A stretch of 64,000 bases of DNA from Vampirovibrionaceae bacterium NZW_1234 (GCA_041697335.1 JBGUGD010000039.1:32001-96000), one strand, 5' to 3'. Positions 48,251 through 58,666 are shown, counted from the first letter of the stretch. The notes: generated by a model from the letters alone, not told the origin. A program made the numbers and translations.

Positions 48251-48796
48251 TTAAGCAATGGTTTGGTTTGGCGAGCGCCCTTCTCGGGAGCCATATAACA
48301 AGTCATGCTCATAGGCGGCGCTAAAATCCCCACGAGAAACAGCAGCGGCGACATCCGGGTTAGTTGCGAGGTAAAAGCCTTCATTAAATCCTGCACTCAG
48401 TTCAGGATTAGCCTGTCGACTCGTATTCACCCTCGGATTCGTGCCCAGATCCCGCCCCTGTTCCATACCTTCATCCAAAAAATGTTGAAAAGGACGCGTA
48501 ACATACATGGGATCAACAGCGACATCTGGGTTTGCCCGTAAATAGGCAGCGCCGTCAAAATTACCGACACCTAAATTCCGATTTTCAAACTGCCCATGCG
48601 CTGCATAATGAGCAAACGGATTACTCCTAAAAACCGGGTTCGCTGCAACATCAGGATTTGCACGCAGATAGGCCTCGCCATCAAAATTTCCGGGACCACC
48701 GGTATTACGCCTCGCCGTTTGATTTGCGTTTGCAAGCTGTCGAATAGACTGATTCATCACATTTGCACGCATTAAGGCACTAGCCAATGCACCCAT
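48251..48796 (-). CDS. FD..YL..NPDV repeat protein (paralog 2)
   Basis: Same three repeats and a similar N-terminus to the neighbour; tandem duplication. Confidence 0.8.
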   Translation of the reverse strand: MGALASALMRANVMNQSIRQLANANQTARRNTGGPGNFDGEAYLRANPDVAANPVFRSNPFAHYAAHGQFENRNLGVGNFDGAAYLRANPDVAVDPMYVTRPFQHFLDEGMEQGRDLGTNPRVNTSRQANPELSAGFNEGFYLATNPDVAAAVSRGDFSAAYEHDLLYGSREGRSPNQTIA

Positions 48797-48942
48797 AACA
48801 CACCATCCTCATCATATTTCGTATCAACGTAGCCTATACCCTAAAAATACAAAAACATCCTGTGGATATGACATGTCACATGGTCTCTAAATGTAAATGA
48901 CGCTTCCTTAGGACACCGGCAAACACCGGAAAGATCTGGCCT

Positions 48943-49040
48943 AAAAAGAAAAAAGTGTCTCTATTAAGGAGACACTGATTGAGCGATGAGAGATTATAGG
49001 AGAGAGAGGAGGGTAGATTATGTCATTGATGAATGACATT
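48943..49040 (-). ncRNA. Candidate small RNA (5' hairpin, anti-SD tract, terminator)
   Basis: Hairpin 49020-49039, CTACCCTCCTCTCTCTCCT tract, AGTGTCTC/GAGACACT stem plus long U tract; no credible minus-strand CDS feeds this terminator. Confidence 0.5.
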
Positions 49041-49182
49041 ACTGAATTCGGCTTTCCAAGAGCATTCTGAATACTCCACAAAGATGATTTAACAACCGTT
49101 CTTTATTGAGAAATCCCGTCACAAAATGCATGAATCCGGGTTTTATATAAATAAGGGGATATTATGATTTTGGGGGGACGCG

Positions 49183-49989
49183 ATGTCGTCATCGGTGGGG
49201 ATATTTCAGCGATTTGGCCAATTCTTGGAAACCCGGCTTTTCCGCGATGAAGGCTGGATCGGGAAACTGGTGGGCGGAAATAAAAATGGAATCGCAGCCC
49301 CACTCGGAAAAGATACCGTCGAATTTTTATCTCGCAATGTCAAACCTACACCCACAAAAGGGCTGGAAGGATTTGTGCAACGTGGACTTGGTATCTTGCC
49401 TCAAGGGATTCAATCTCGCCTGGGCGGTGCTCTCAATACATTTAACAATTTACCGGGGGTCAAAAATTTATCCGGCTTTGTAAAATTCTCTCTGCTGTTT
49501 GAAGCCATCAGCAGCACCGTCGGAGGGATTAAAGACGCTGCCGAGGGCTTTAGCAAAACTCAAGGAGGCATCCTCAGCAAACTTTGGGGTGGAGTCCAGT
49601 CCGGCTTTAAGTCGGTCGTAAAATCCATTGGCACATTTGCGGCTTCCACCGCAGCTGCTGTTGGAGTCCCGTTACTTCTGGGCATTTCACCTCTGGGTGC
49701 TGCCGGGATTATTGCTGGCACAATTGGCAGCCTAGTGGTAAGTTCTTTCGCTCGTAAAGGCCTTGACAAAGTAATTGACACGCACAGCCACACCAGCCAG
49801 CCCTCTGAGCAAGAGGTCGCAGCGCAGAATGGCAACCCACTGCTGTTAGCCACCCAAACGCCTCCCGACGCCAACCTGCCATGGCAAAGCCTGAGAGGAC
49901 GCAACCCGTTTATGGGAAGGTTCAATGGGGATGACCTGTCTCGCATTCCCAAACTGGACGATCGTCTGCTGTACCCAAACTTCAACTAG
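49183..49989 (+). CDS. Hypothetical Gly-rich membrane protein
   Basis: Amphipathic Gly-rich region plus hydrophobic hairpin (AAAVGVPLLLG...AAGIIAGTIGSLVV). Confidence 0.7.
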   Translation: MSSSVGIFQRFGQFLETRLFRDEGWIGKLVGGNKNGIAAPLGKDTVEFLSRNVKPTPTKGLEGFVQRGLGILPQGIQSRLGGALNTFNNLPGVKNLSGFVKFSLLFEAISSTVGGIKDAAEGFSKTQGGILSKLWGGVQSGFKSVVKSIGTFAASTAAAVGVPLLLGISPLGAAGIIAGTIGSLVVSSFARKGLDKVIDTHSHTSQPSEQEVAAQNGNPLLLATQTPPDANLPWQSLRGRNPFMGRFNGDDLSRIPKLDDRLLYPNFN

Positions 49990-50097
49990 CCTCACCATGA
50001 AACCAACCATGGAATTCCTGCAGATCCGATTTGGGATCTGACACCTGGTCGCGTATAATAGCACCAGAGATACTTTTGTGGGATGTGGGATTGATCC

Positions 50098-50754
50098 ATG
50101 CACCAAGCCCTCCAACTCACTCTGGAACAGGTAGCCAGGGACCTGGATTTATCGGAAAGCGTTGTCTTACGCTTGGCCCAATATTTTGACGTGCCCAGGA
50201 AGTATTATAAGGCGCCCAGTGGTCAGCCTCGGCTTATGTTATTTAGTCCTCAAGAGGTGGACATTTTACGGCAAACCAAAGCCAGCCTGCTTGCAGGCCG
50301 TTCTCTCCCAGAAATCAAGCAATCTTTGGCTCATGCCCTCATCTATCTTGACCGACCTGAAGTTCTGGAACCCTTATCACCAAGGTCAGCATCCGCTGGA
50401 CACCCTGCAGAAGAAACCTCTGAAGAAGAATTGCCTTTGATTGAGTACGAACAGGATCATGCATTGAAGCAATACCTGGCTCAAGAAACTTTCCGACAAT
50501 ACCGCCATAATAATGAAGCCCCCGAAGCACCTTTTCAGAGGTTGGCCCAGGCACTTAAGAAGGAACCAACGCTACAGGCATTTGAATCTATGCCGACTAA
50601 ATCTTCATTAGGGTATGTGTCCCCCCCCAGCACAACCATTTTTCCCCGCTTGGAAGCCCCCCAGCCTGAACCACTACCATCGGATTTGAAAAATCGGATT
50701 CTTGAGCTAAAACAACAATTACTCCCGATACCTGCTAGCAATAATCTTGTTTGA
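50098..50754 (+). CDS. MerR-type HTH domain protein
   Basis: TLEQVARDLDLSESVV...FSPQEVDIL...L.AGRSLPEIK. Confidence 0.7.
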   Translation: MHQALQLTLEQVARDLDLSESVVLRLAQYFDVPRKYYKAPSGQPRLMLFSPQEVDILRQTKASLLAGRSLPEIKQSLAHALIYLDRPEVLEPLSPRSASAGHPAEETSEEELPLIEYEQDHALKQYLAQETFRQYRHNNEAPEAPFQRLAQALKKEPTLQAFESMPTKSSLGYVSPPSTTIFPRLEAPQPEPLPSDLKNRILELKQQLLPIPASNNLV

Positions 50755-50827
50755 GGGGATTTAATAAGTTGATTCCCTATCAATTGCCCATTATGTCAGG
50801 AAACCCATTCGGATTGAGGGACCTCGA

Positions 50828-51574
50828 ATGCGCCTTTCGTCTTCTCCCGTAAGCCCTAATGTTCAGACCAAACCAGGATTTGGTTACGCTGCTATGTATC
50901 CATCCTATGGTTATGGTCCAGCCATGCCGTATCCTGCACAGTCTTCCTATCCTCAAATTTATTATCCACAACCTTACTGGCAGACCGGCTGGCCTCAATC
51001 GCCACCAACTTCACGCATACCCTCTTGGAATTCGTCAGGGCCTTTTGAGTCAGCTCACTCTCAAATCGAGCACAACCATGCGGATAATACACCACCAGGA
51101 TTACCAAACCTGCAAGAACGTTCATCGCAGGTCTGGAAACCTTTAACCGATGGCGAACCTCAGCCATCGGGTACGGCATCCAAAACATCGGACATAAAAA
51201 CCAAGACTCACTCAAGCGATGTTACACCAGCAACCACAACCAACGACCCTGATAAAGCTCAGTTTCTAGAATTGGCAGGCCAACTCTATGATCAGCCTGA
51301 GGTTCGTCGATTGCTTACCCCAGAAGCGGTCAAGAAACTGAAAACAGCCATCCAAAATCCTCTTCAGCTTCGTCAAGACATTATCGGCATTTTAGGACAG
51401 ACTCCTAAAGGCCAAGAAGTTCTAAGCCGCTTTAAGACAGCCCTTGGGGCCAGCCCCATGGCTACAAAATTGATGGAAAAAACTCTGAATTGGGTTGTTC
51501 CAACTCAATACAAAGATCTGGTTCAAGGCTTCTTTTCTCAGATCAGAAGCCCGAGTGCCGCTATAGCCCCATAA
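50828..51574 (+). CDS. Hypothetical protein with Pro/Tyr-rich N-terminus
   Basis: MRLSSSPVSPNVQTKPGFG leader; helical C-terminal domain. Confidence 0.65.
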   Translation: MRLSSSPVSPNVQTKPGFGYAAMYPSYGYGPAMPYPAQSSYPQIYYPQPYWQTGWPQSPPTSRIPSWNSSGPFESAHSQIEHNHADNTPPGLPNLQERSSQVWKPLTDGEPQPSGTASKTSDIKTKTHSSDVTPATTTNDPDKAQFLELAGQLYDQPEVRRLLTPEAVKKLKTAIQNPLQLRQDIIGILGQTPKGQEVLSRFKTALGASPMATKLMEKTLNWVVPTQYKDLVQGFFSQIRSPSAAIAP

Positions 51575-51586
51575 GAGACCCTGGCC

Positions 51587-54514
51587 TTAAGTTCCTGTGG
51601 TCCCTACAGTGACTTGCATCAGACCATTCTTCAAAATTCGAGCATAGTCAGCAAAGCTTAACAGATCATTTCGCCAGTTTTGGTAGGTTGCCAGCAGCCC
51701 ATTCGTGCTGAAATCGGAGCGTCGCTTGTCACCAAAATGCTGGTTAATCGCATCCTCATAGGTTGCTCTAGCACCCGGGTTAGCCCAACGATAGGTGTAT
51801 CCGGCATATCCGGTTGAACGCACCGCTTTAGAAGCGTCCGTAACCGTCATATGAATATCCATAAAGTCACTGTTGCCCTGGAAGATTTGCTCGGCGCCAG
51901 CTCCTGATATCTTAAGCTGACTACCATCATAAACAACCGTGTAGGTCACGGTATCACCATCATCGTTGGTAGCCGTATATTTGTATTCCCGAGAGACTTG
52001 CATTGGAACAAACTGGCCGTTTTCTTCAATATGTGGCACTGTGTCGTTGCCATTTCGAGCCGCAGCCGGTGTATGCACAAAGTGAGCAGGATCTTCATAG
52101 CGCTCCCAAACAATGCGTTTGGAAATCTGATTGCCAGCAGCATCTTTACCCAGATCCAATACCGCACCCATTGCTTTGGTTACAGTGCTTGTACCCCAGG
52201 TGGCTGTTTCACGGTTATCTACAACCGTTCTAATACCGACAGAACCATCGAGCCTATCTGTCATTGCGTAGAAAACGGCTGGCCCCACACTATAATCTTC
52301 GGCATAGGCACCATCGTGATAGGTAAAGTGTGGGTCACCCGTTGAGCTGATTTCAGCATAGGTAAAGGGCACATTACTGCTGATCCAGTTCTGGAAATCA
52401 ACCCAATTGTCACAACCGGTAGCAAAGACATTATCTTTAGTCGATATCGAGGCCAAGCGAATCGAATTCAGCTCAGTACCTGTTGGCAAAGCACGGGTTT
52501 TCATAATCTGCCCCAAGAAACCGGTCGCATCACCACGGAAGCCTTGAGCACCGACTTTCCCAGTGAAATTGACGGTATTGCCCTTATCTTCCCAAGTATA
52601 GACACCTTTTTCGTTGGTTAAGGTCACCTTCGCATTGCCGCCCAGACCCGTCACGCGAATTACGCTGTCCTCATCCAGGCGATAGTTTCCATTAGCATCT
52701 AAATCAGCAGCAGTCAGCACTTTCTGTGTAATCGTGCCGTTGTTATTAATCCGAACAGTGACGGTATTATTCACCGCATCAATATAAACTTCGTCATCAT
52801 CATCCAGGAATGCCCCCTGTGTAGACACCGTGTTTGTGGTGTTAGCAGCATTCTGCTGGAATGCGTTAACCTGAAAATCCTTGGATGCAAACAGGTTAAT
52901 GGCACCGGTCATAGTATTACCCAAGGTCGTTGGTTCACTGAACCAACCAACCCGGGCTGCAGACGTCGCTCCGTCAAAAGAAAGCTCAAGATTTTCACTA
53001 TGAGCAGACTGGTTCTGACAGACATCGGTGCCCGTAGTTTCCCCATTGTTACTGACGATAGCAAAACCATCCACAGCACCATTACAGCCATTTACATAGG
53101 TTTGCCAATTAACGGCTTTCGCACCCGCTTCCATCACCATGGCCCGCAAGGCGTTTTGATCCGGCGCTTGCCCCTTAAGCAGGGCATGTCCAACCACACC
53201 ACTAACTTTGCCTTTGATACCACCGGTCAGTTGGCTCGATACTTTAAAGAAATCCCCTTGATCTTCAAAGACCAGACGTTGCTCTTCATCCTGGAAGATT
53301 AAGTTACCATTTTGAATCGTGACCGTATGACCACTGGAAAGCGTTCTGGTTTCATTAGCACCCAACGTAATAATTTGGCCATTGTCTTCAATACTATAGC
53401 GGTTTTGAGCTGCGTCCCCATGAATCACGATACCTTTATCAATTAAATCCAGTTTAGTAATTACCTTATTCGCTTGGCCTGCTACAGTCCCTTGGGTGGC
53501 ATTAAGTTGAAAATCTTTGTAGGAGAGCAGATTAATGGGCCCTTGTAAGCGAGGATCAAACTGCAACGGCTTACCTGTCAACCAACCTACACTTAAAGTA
53601 TTATTACTAGTCACTTCCCAGGTTACACCAGCACCTTGCAGCGGATCATCGGCACAGGCATCTGCAGGTGGTAGGGGCGGAGCTGGAGGCTGTGGTGGTA
53701 GACACACACCCGGTGAAGGAGCAGGTTGAGGTTTAGGAGCACAAAGACCCGTGGGCATCGGAGGCGGACAAACCCCGGTAGGAATCGGGGGATTACAAGT
53801 GCCAGGCAGAACTAAAGGTGACCAGAAACCACCGTTACCCCCCAAAAAGTAATTATTAGTTATATGTTGGGTAATATTGTTGACCAGATTTCCAACCCGG
53901 CCGTAGTTATTCCCCATTCCTCCGCCACCACCTGTGGAGGAACCACCAAAGAGCGACTTCAGGAAAAACATTTCCATCAACCCGGACATATCAAATGATG
54001 GTCTGCTTCCACCCGGGAAGTACACAGGTTTCTCAATATATATGGGTTGAGGTACCGGAACAGGGACAGGATAGTATTGCGGAGGCAATGGCCGTGGCGG
54101 AGGCGCCTGAACAGGCGCCGGAGCCGGAGCAGGGGGAACTGGTCCAGGAAACCCAGGATTTAAACCAAAATCAGGAAATGGATTTTGTGGAAAAAAGCCT
54201 GGAGGGGGTTGGTCGGTATAGTAATTACCGTAACCATTGGCAAAGGGATCTTCTATTGGGGATTGATAACCCATGTCCCCAATCGGCTCAAAGTTGAGTC
54301 GACCAAAATCAGAATTCATCCCGTAGAAACCAGTTGCCTGAACCGGGCTCCAATCAGACTCAAAGTTCGGCACCCAAGTCGGACTGGTTTTTCCTTGTAC
54401 CCACCCCTCGGCGAACACGTGGATTCGCTCATTTGGATTAAGGGAAGGCGGAATATACCAGGAGCTCTGGGACACCTGTCCTATAGGTCCAATATTTGTC
54501 CGATTAACAGACAT
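51587..54514 (-). CDS. Large Pro-rich protein with repeated VWD-like beta domains and a GDPH motif
   Basis: Internal repeats INLLSYKDFQLNA / INLFASKDFQVNA; SSTGDPHFTYHDG; Cys-Pro linker; ATG 54514 after GGAG. Confidence 0.7.
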   Translation of the reverse strand: MSVNRTNIGPIGQVSQSSWYIPPSLNPNERIHVFAEGWVQGKTSPTWVPNFESDWSPVQATGFYGMNSDFGRLNFEPIGDMGYQSPIEDPFANGYGNYYTDQPPPGFFPQNPFPDFGLNPGFPGPVPPAPAPAPVQAPPPRPLPPQYYPVPVPVPQPIYIEKPVYFPGGSRPSFDMSGLMEMFFLKSLFGGSSTGGGGGMGNNYGRVGNLVNNITQHITNNYFLGGNGGFWSPLVLPGTCNPPIPTGVCPPPMPTGLCAPKPQPAPSPGVCLPPQPPAPPLPPADACADDPLQGAGVTWEVTSNNTLSVGWLTGKPLQFDPRLQGPINLLSYKDFQLNATQGTVAGQANKVITKLDLIDKGIVIHGDAAQNRYSIEDNGQIITLGANETRTLSSGHTVTIQNGNLIFQDEEQRLVFEDQGDFFKVSSQLTGGIKGKVSGVVGHALLKGQAPDQNALRAMVMEAGAKAVNWQTYVNGCNGAVDGFAIVSNNGETTGTDVCQNQSAHSENLELSFDGATSAARVGWFSEPTTLGNTMTGAINLFASKDFQVNAFQQNAANTTNTVSTQGAFLDDDDEVYIDAVNNTVTVRINNNGTITQKVLTAADLDANGNYRLDEDSVIRVTGLGGNAKVTLTNEKGVYTWEDKGNTVNFTGKVGAQGFRGDATGFLGQIMKTRALPTGTELNSIRLASISTKDNVFATGCDNWVDFQNWISSNVPFTYAEISSTGDPHFTYHDGAYAEDYSVGPAVFYAMTDRLDGSVGIRTVVDNRETATWGTSTVTKAMGAVLDLGKDAAGNQISKRIVWERYEDPAHFVHTPAAARNGNDTVPHIEENGQFVPMQVSREYKYTATNDDGDTVTYTVVYDGSQLKISGAGAEQIFQGNSDFMDIHMTVTDASKAVRSTGYAGYTYRWANPGARATYEDAINQHFGDKRRSDFSTNGLLATYQNWRNDLLSFADYARILKNGLMQVTVGTTGT

Positions 54515-54839
54515 GAGACACACACACTCCAGTAAATTACCATTTCGTAATAAAATAAAAACGCAAAGAGATATTAAATTGCCATATTAAAGACATAATA
54601 ATGTTTTTTGTTACATTTAGCAACATTCGTAATAAAATACGGAGTAAATCAAGACCTTAAGTCTCAAAATCAAATCAAATATCCCCGTCACAAACCGAAA
54701 CAAAGTATATCTTGTTTAAATCCAAATATCCGCCTTAAAAGACGCAAAACATGAAACCTACTTAAATATTGCTTCATGCCTTGTGGGCATCATTCAAGAT
54801 AAACCGCTATCCAAGAAAACAATAGCGCCTTTTATGGCT

Positions 54840-55919
54840 TTAAAACTGGAATGGAGCCTCAAACACCCCATGCTCGGTAATAATGCCCGTGATGAGATCA
54901 GCAGGAGTGACATCAAAGGCAGGATTATAAAACTGGACGCCTTCTGGACAAATAGCCTGTTCGTGGATGGTCCCTATTTCTTGGCCATCACGCTCTTCAA
55001 TGGGAATTAACTCACCCGAAGCCAAAGAAGCATCAATCGTCGAAGAGGGAGCAGCCACATAAAAGGGAACCTGGTGAGCCTTTGCTGCCAAAGCCAGTAA
55101 ATAGGTCCCGATTTTATTGGCCACATCACCATTGGCAGCAATCCGATCGGCCCCAACAATCACGAGATCTACACGCCCTTGTTTCATAAGCCAAGCCGAC
55201 ATATTATCCGAGATCAAGGTCACCGGAATACCCTCCTGCACCATTTCCCAGGTAGTCAGACGAGCTCCCTGCAATCGAGGCCGTGTTTCATCGGCATAAA
55301 CTTGAATCGAGGCGTCTTTGGCAAAAGCAGCACGAACGACCCCAAGCGCTGTACCATAGCCAGCCGTAGCCAATGCTCCGGCATTACAATGGGTTAATAT
55401 CCGGGCTCCCTGTGGCACTAATGCGGCCCCATGTCGACCGATAGCCCGACACATGGCTACATCCTCTTCAAAAATCGCATTGGCCTCAGCCGTAACACGC
55501 TGAGTCAATTCCAATACGGATGGTCCTTCAAAAGATTGGATAACCTTCAACAACCGATCCACAGCCCATTGAAGATTCACAGCCGTGGGACGCGCCATCG
55601 CAAGATGATGAGCGTCTCTAGCCAAAGCACCTTTGAACGCGGTCATATCGTCTTGAAGCGTCTTTTGATGATAACGGGCGCTTAAAACCAACCCATATGC
55701 ACCAGCAACACCGATGGCTGGAGCGCCCCGAACGATCATGGTCTGTATGGCAGAGACCATCTCCGACACGGTATCAACCGACACATAGTGTACCGACTGA
55801 GGAAGGGCCGTCTGATCCAAGAGAATAACGGCTTCATCCGTCAATCGAACAGCTTGGACCGCAGAACCCACAGGAAGCGAGCCCGGACTGTCTGAAAATG
55901 TGACGGCGGATGATGTCAT
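54840..55919 (-). CDS. mtnA: S-methyl-5-thioribose-1-phosphate isomerase
   Basis: VRGAPAIG, RPTAVNL, THCNAGALAT.GYGTA, ETRPRLQG, ANKIGTY. Confidence 0.97.
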   Translation of the reverse strand: MTSSAVTFSDSPGSLPVGSAVQAVRLTDEAVILLDQTALPQSVHYVSVDTVSEMVSAIQTMIVRGAPAIGVAGAYGLVLSARYHQKTLQDDMTAFKGALARDAHHLAMARPTAVNLQWAVDRLLKVIQSFEGPSVLELTQRVTAEANAIFEEDVAMCRAIGRHGAALVPQGARILTHCNAGALATAGYGTALGVVRAAFAKDASIQVYADETRPRLQGARLTTWEMVQEGIPVTLISDNMSAWLMKQGRVDLVIVGADRIAANGDVANKIGTYLLALAAKAHQVPFYVAAPSSTIDASLASGELIPIEERDGQEIGTIHEQAICPEGVQFYNPAFDVTPADLITGIITEHGVFEAPFQF

Positions 55920-55936
55920 GCGGACACGGACAAGCC

Positions 55937-57226
55937 TTATTTCTTGCGTCCCAGGAAATCAGGCAAATCCAGCAAACGGCGAGCGGCTTCTTGGATCGCT
56001 GGTGGTGGCTCCTTCTCGTATAAAGCCGATTTATTCAACTTATCGTCTACTTTCTGAGCCAAAGCATTTGAAGGATTCTGGGGTACAGCAGCTCCGTAAA
56101 CGCCCGGTGTTCCGGGTACCATACCTTGAGGCCACAACCCAGGTGCATTCTGAAAGGGAATATTGACCCCATGTTCACGTCCGGCAGCAGCACGGGCTTT
56201 CAGCTCAAACCCAGTCGCAATAACGGTAATCTGGATTTCACCTTGAATACGCTCATCAATAACAGCACCAAAGATGATATTGGCATCTTTATCAACGGCT
56301 TCGTAAATCACTTCAGCCGCTTCATTGACCTCATGCAACGTCATATCGGCACCACCCGTTACATTGAAGATCACGCCGCTGGCACCTTCAATAGATGTCT
56401 CCAGCAAGGGTGAATTCACAGCCATACGAGCGGCTTCCAGAGCGCGACCTTCGCCTGAGCCAATGCCAATCCCCATAATGGCAGAACCTGCCATACTCAT
56501 CACGGCCTTAACATCAGCGAAGTCAACGTTAATCAAGCCAGGAACAGTAATAATATTGGAAATACCCTGAACCCCACGCTGCAATACTTCATCAGCAATG
56601 CGGAAGGCTTCCTGCATGGAGGTGCGACGTTCAACCACTTCCAGAAGCTTGTCATTCGGGATCACAATCAAGGTATCAACAGCTTCACGTAAGCACTCCA
56701 GACCTTGAAGAGCCTGTTGTTGACGACGACGACCTTCAAAAGTGAACGGTTTGGTCACCACGCCCACAGTCAATGCTCCAATATCACGAGCCACCTCTGC
56801 AACAATGGCAGCGGCACCGGTTCCGGTCCCTCCACCCATACCGGCAGTAATAAAGACCATATCAGCGCCTTCTAAGGCTGCCATAATATCATCGCGGCTC
56901 TCTTCTGCAGCTTTTTGCCCGATTGCAGGATTCCCACCGGCGCCAAGGCCACGGGTAATTTTCTGCCCCAACTGAACCCGATGCGGTGTGGAGGCTGTAT
57001 CAATCACTTGCGAGTCTGTATTCATGACCCAAAAATCAATTCCAGTTAAACCACTGGCAATCATTCGGTTAACAGCATTACTGCCACCGCCACCAACACC
57101 AACAACCTTAATGACAGCTTTCGATTGGCTCATCTGAGGCGCAGCACCCTGATTCAGCGTCCGAAATAGCGGATTGTCATTATACTCTTGGTGCTCAAAT
57201 TGCTGCCCTTCGAAATTGTCCATCAT
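55937..57226 (-). CDS. ftsZ: Cell division protein FtsZ
   Basis: [26 protein letters not shown]-terminal LDLPDFL. Confidence 0.99.
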   Translation of the reverse strand: MMDNFEGQQFEHQEYNDNPLFRTLNQGAAPQMSQSKAVIKVVGVGGGGSNAVNRMIASGLTGIDFWVMNTDSQVIDTASTPHRVQLGQKITRGLGAGGNPAIGQKAAEESRDDIMAALEGADMVFITAGMGGGTGTGAAAIVAEVARDIGALTVGVVTKPFTFEGRRRQQQALQGLECLREAVDTLIVIPNDKLLEVVERRTSMQEAFRIADEVLQRGVQGISNIITVPGLINVDFADVKAVMSMAGSAIMGIGIGSGEGRALEAARMAVNSPLLETSIEGASGVIFNVTGGADMTLHEVNEAAEVIYEAVDKDANIIFGAVIDERIQGEIQITVIATGFELKARAAAGREHGVNIPFQNAPGLWPQGMVPGTPGVYGAAVPQNPSNALAQKVDDKLNKSALYEKEPPPAIQEAARRLLDLPDFLGRKK

Positions 57227-57310
57227 GTCGCATCCCTTTGTTTCTTTTTCTAAAACGCTATGTACTTATGCGCAATAGCAGTAGTCTAGCCTCTTTGGCC
57301 CTATTATTGA

Positions 57311-57703
57311 TTAAAACTGAAGCTTTGAAAAGAACTTTTGAGAAATGTAAGCAAGATTGCTAAACAATTTGATCCCAAACACAATAAACAAGGCAATATA
57401 AAGGTCAATGCGCATCAAATGACCAATAGTCAGCAGAAAATAAGCAAACAACAGGTTAAAAAAGTAGGTCAACATCATCGAGCGCAAGCTAAACTTCCCG
57501 CTTAAAAACTGCGACGTCCCCTCAACAAGGAGATCCAAGGTAATAATCAGCCCAACGGCAATAAACACCGAAAGATCTTCCGTAATCGAAAAACTTAGCG
57601 TGTTGGCCAGGACAATCCCACAGATCAGTCCTACCACCGGCATCAAAAAGAACCAAATCATTTTCATAGGGGCGATTATACGAGGAGGATCGTCAAATGA
57701 CAA
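57311..57703 (-). CDS. Small basic protein Sbp / DUF1290-like membrane protein
   Basis: Four TM segments; FFNLLFA..L..IG....DLYIA...FGIKLFSNLA; lies between DUF881 and ftsZ. Start probably 57667. Confidence 0.75.
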   Translation of the reverse strand: MSFDDPPRIIAPMKMIWFFLMPVVGLICGIVLANTLSFSITEDLSVFIAVGLIITLDLLVEGTSQFLSGKFSLRSMMLTYFFNLLFAYFLLTIGHLMRIDLYIALFIVFGIKLFSNLAYISQKFFSKLQF

Positions 57704-57720
57704 TGAAGCATCACAAGCAG

Positions 57721-58431
57721 CTATGACGAGGAAGCGAGATTGGGAGCAGCAGCAGGAATGGCAACCTTAGCTTTCATCACTTTTGTCTCAATACCGTATT
57801 TTGAAAGACTCTTAACAAAACTTGTAGGGCGATTCAAATAAGCAGAAATCTTTTCCGGGTTTCCTAGTGCCTGCACCTTAAATGGAGAGGCAACCCGAGT
57901 ACCATTAATAACAATAATAGGTCCGGAGCAGTTGATCCCCGTCATTGAGGTAACAGGCTGGCCATTAATGGCAACGGCTGTAGCGCCAGCGGCCCTCAAA
58001 TCGTTGACCACTTCAGCTAAATCTGTATTATGCACAATCCCAACATTCGGATCGTCCCCCAACAATAAGGGTTTACTGCTATCTTTAACCAGAACTTCAA
58101 CCCCAGGACCCTCTTGCGGCACAAGACCTATAAATTTAGAGAGCTGCTGAATAGTTTCCTGATGGGCTCTCGAGTAGCGCCCCGAAGCTTGCAAACTCAA
58201 TTCTGTAATTTCCGATTCCAAGCTGGCATTGCGGTATTCCACATGTCGCAGGCGATGAGACAGTGCCCGAGACCTCAGAATCTCGGCCGTAGAATAACGA
58301 GAGCGCGAAAATTGCTTTTCGTGTTGCACATAATACTGGGTTCCCAAAAAGCCAAACCCCAGAAAGAGCAAGAACAAGAAGAAGAAAAAAGTCTGTTTTT
58401 TGAACGGGGTCAGCCGCATACAGAACATCAT
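57721..58431 (-). CDS. DUF881 family protein (YlxW/YlxX-like)
   Basis: N-terminal TM, coiled coil, GL....GPGV.V...D, VH..DL..VVNDL.AAGA.AVAING. Confidence 0.88.
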   Translation of the reverse strand: MMFCMRLTPFKKQTFFFFLFLLFLGFGFLGTQYYVQHEKQFSRSRYSTAEILRSRALSHRLRHVEYRNASLESEITELSLQASGRYSRAHQETIQQLSKFIGLVPQEGPGVEVLVKDSSKPLLLGDDPNVGIVHNTDLAEVVNDLRAAGATAVAINGQPVTSMTGINCSGPIIVINGTRVASPFKVQALGNPEKISAYLNRPTSFVKSLSKYGIETKVMKAKVAIPAAAPNLASSS

Positions 58432-58639
58432 CCATCAATAATACTTCTCCTATTGTAGGCGATGTTATCCGGCAAAAAAAGACTTAGCGGCTCTTCCTGA
58501 AACCGGAAAATAGGTAAAGCGCACTATGCTTAAAGCCTGTTTTGCCTCAAAACAAGATAGAAACCGCACACAAAACGGCAAAGTTTACCTATTCAATCAG
58601 ACATGAAGCTCCAGAAATCATTCTTTTGCAAATTCGATT

Positions 58640-58666
58640 CAAGGGAAGTGGTATTTGGGTCGATTC
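58640..58666 (+). promoter_or_regulatory. Possible sigma28-type promoter of the HDOD-cheD-HDOD operon
   Basis: CAAG-N15-GTCGATTC (degenerate match to consensus). Confidence 0.4.
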
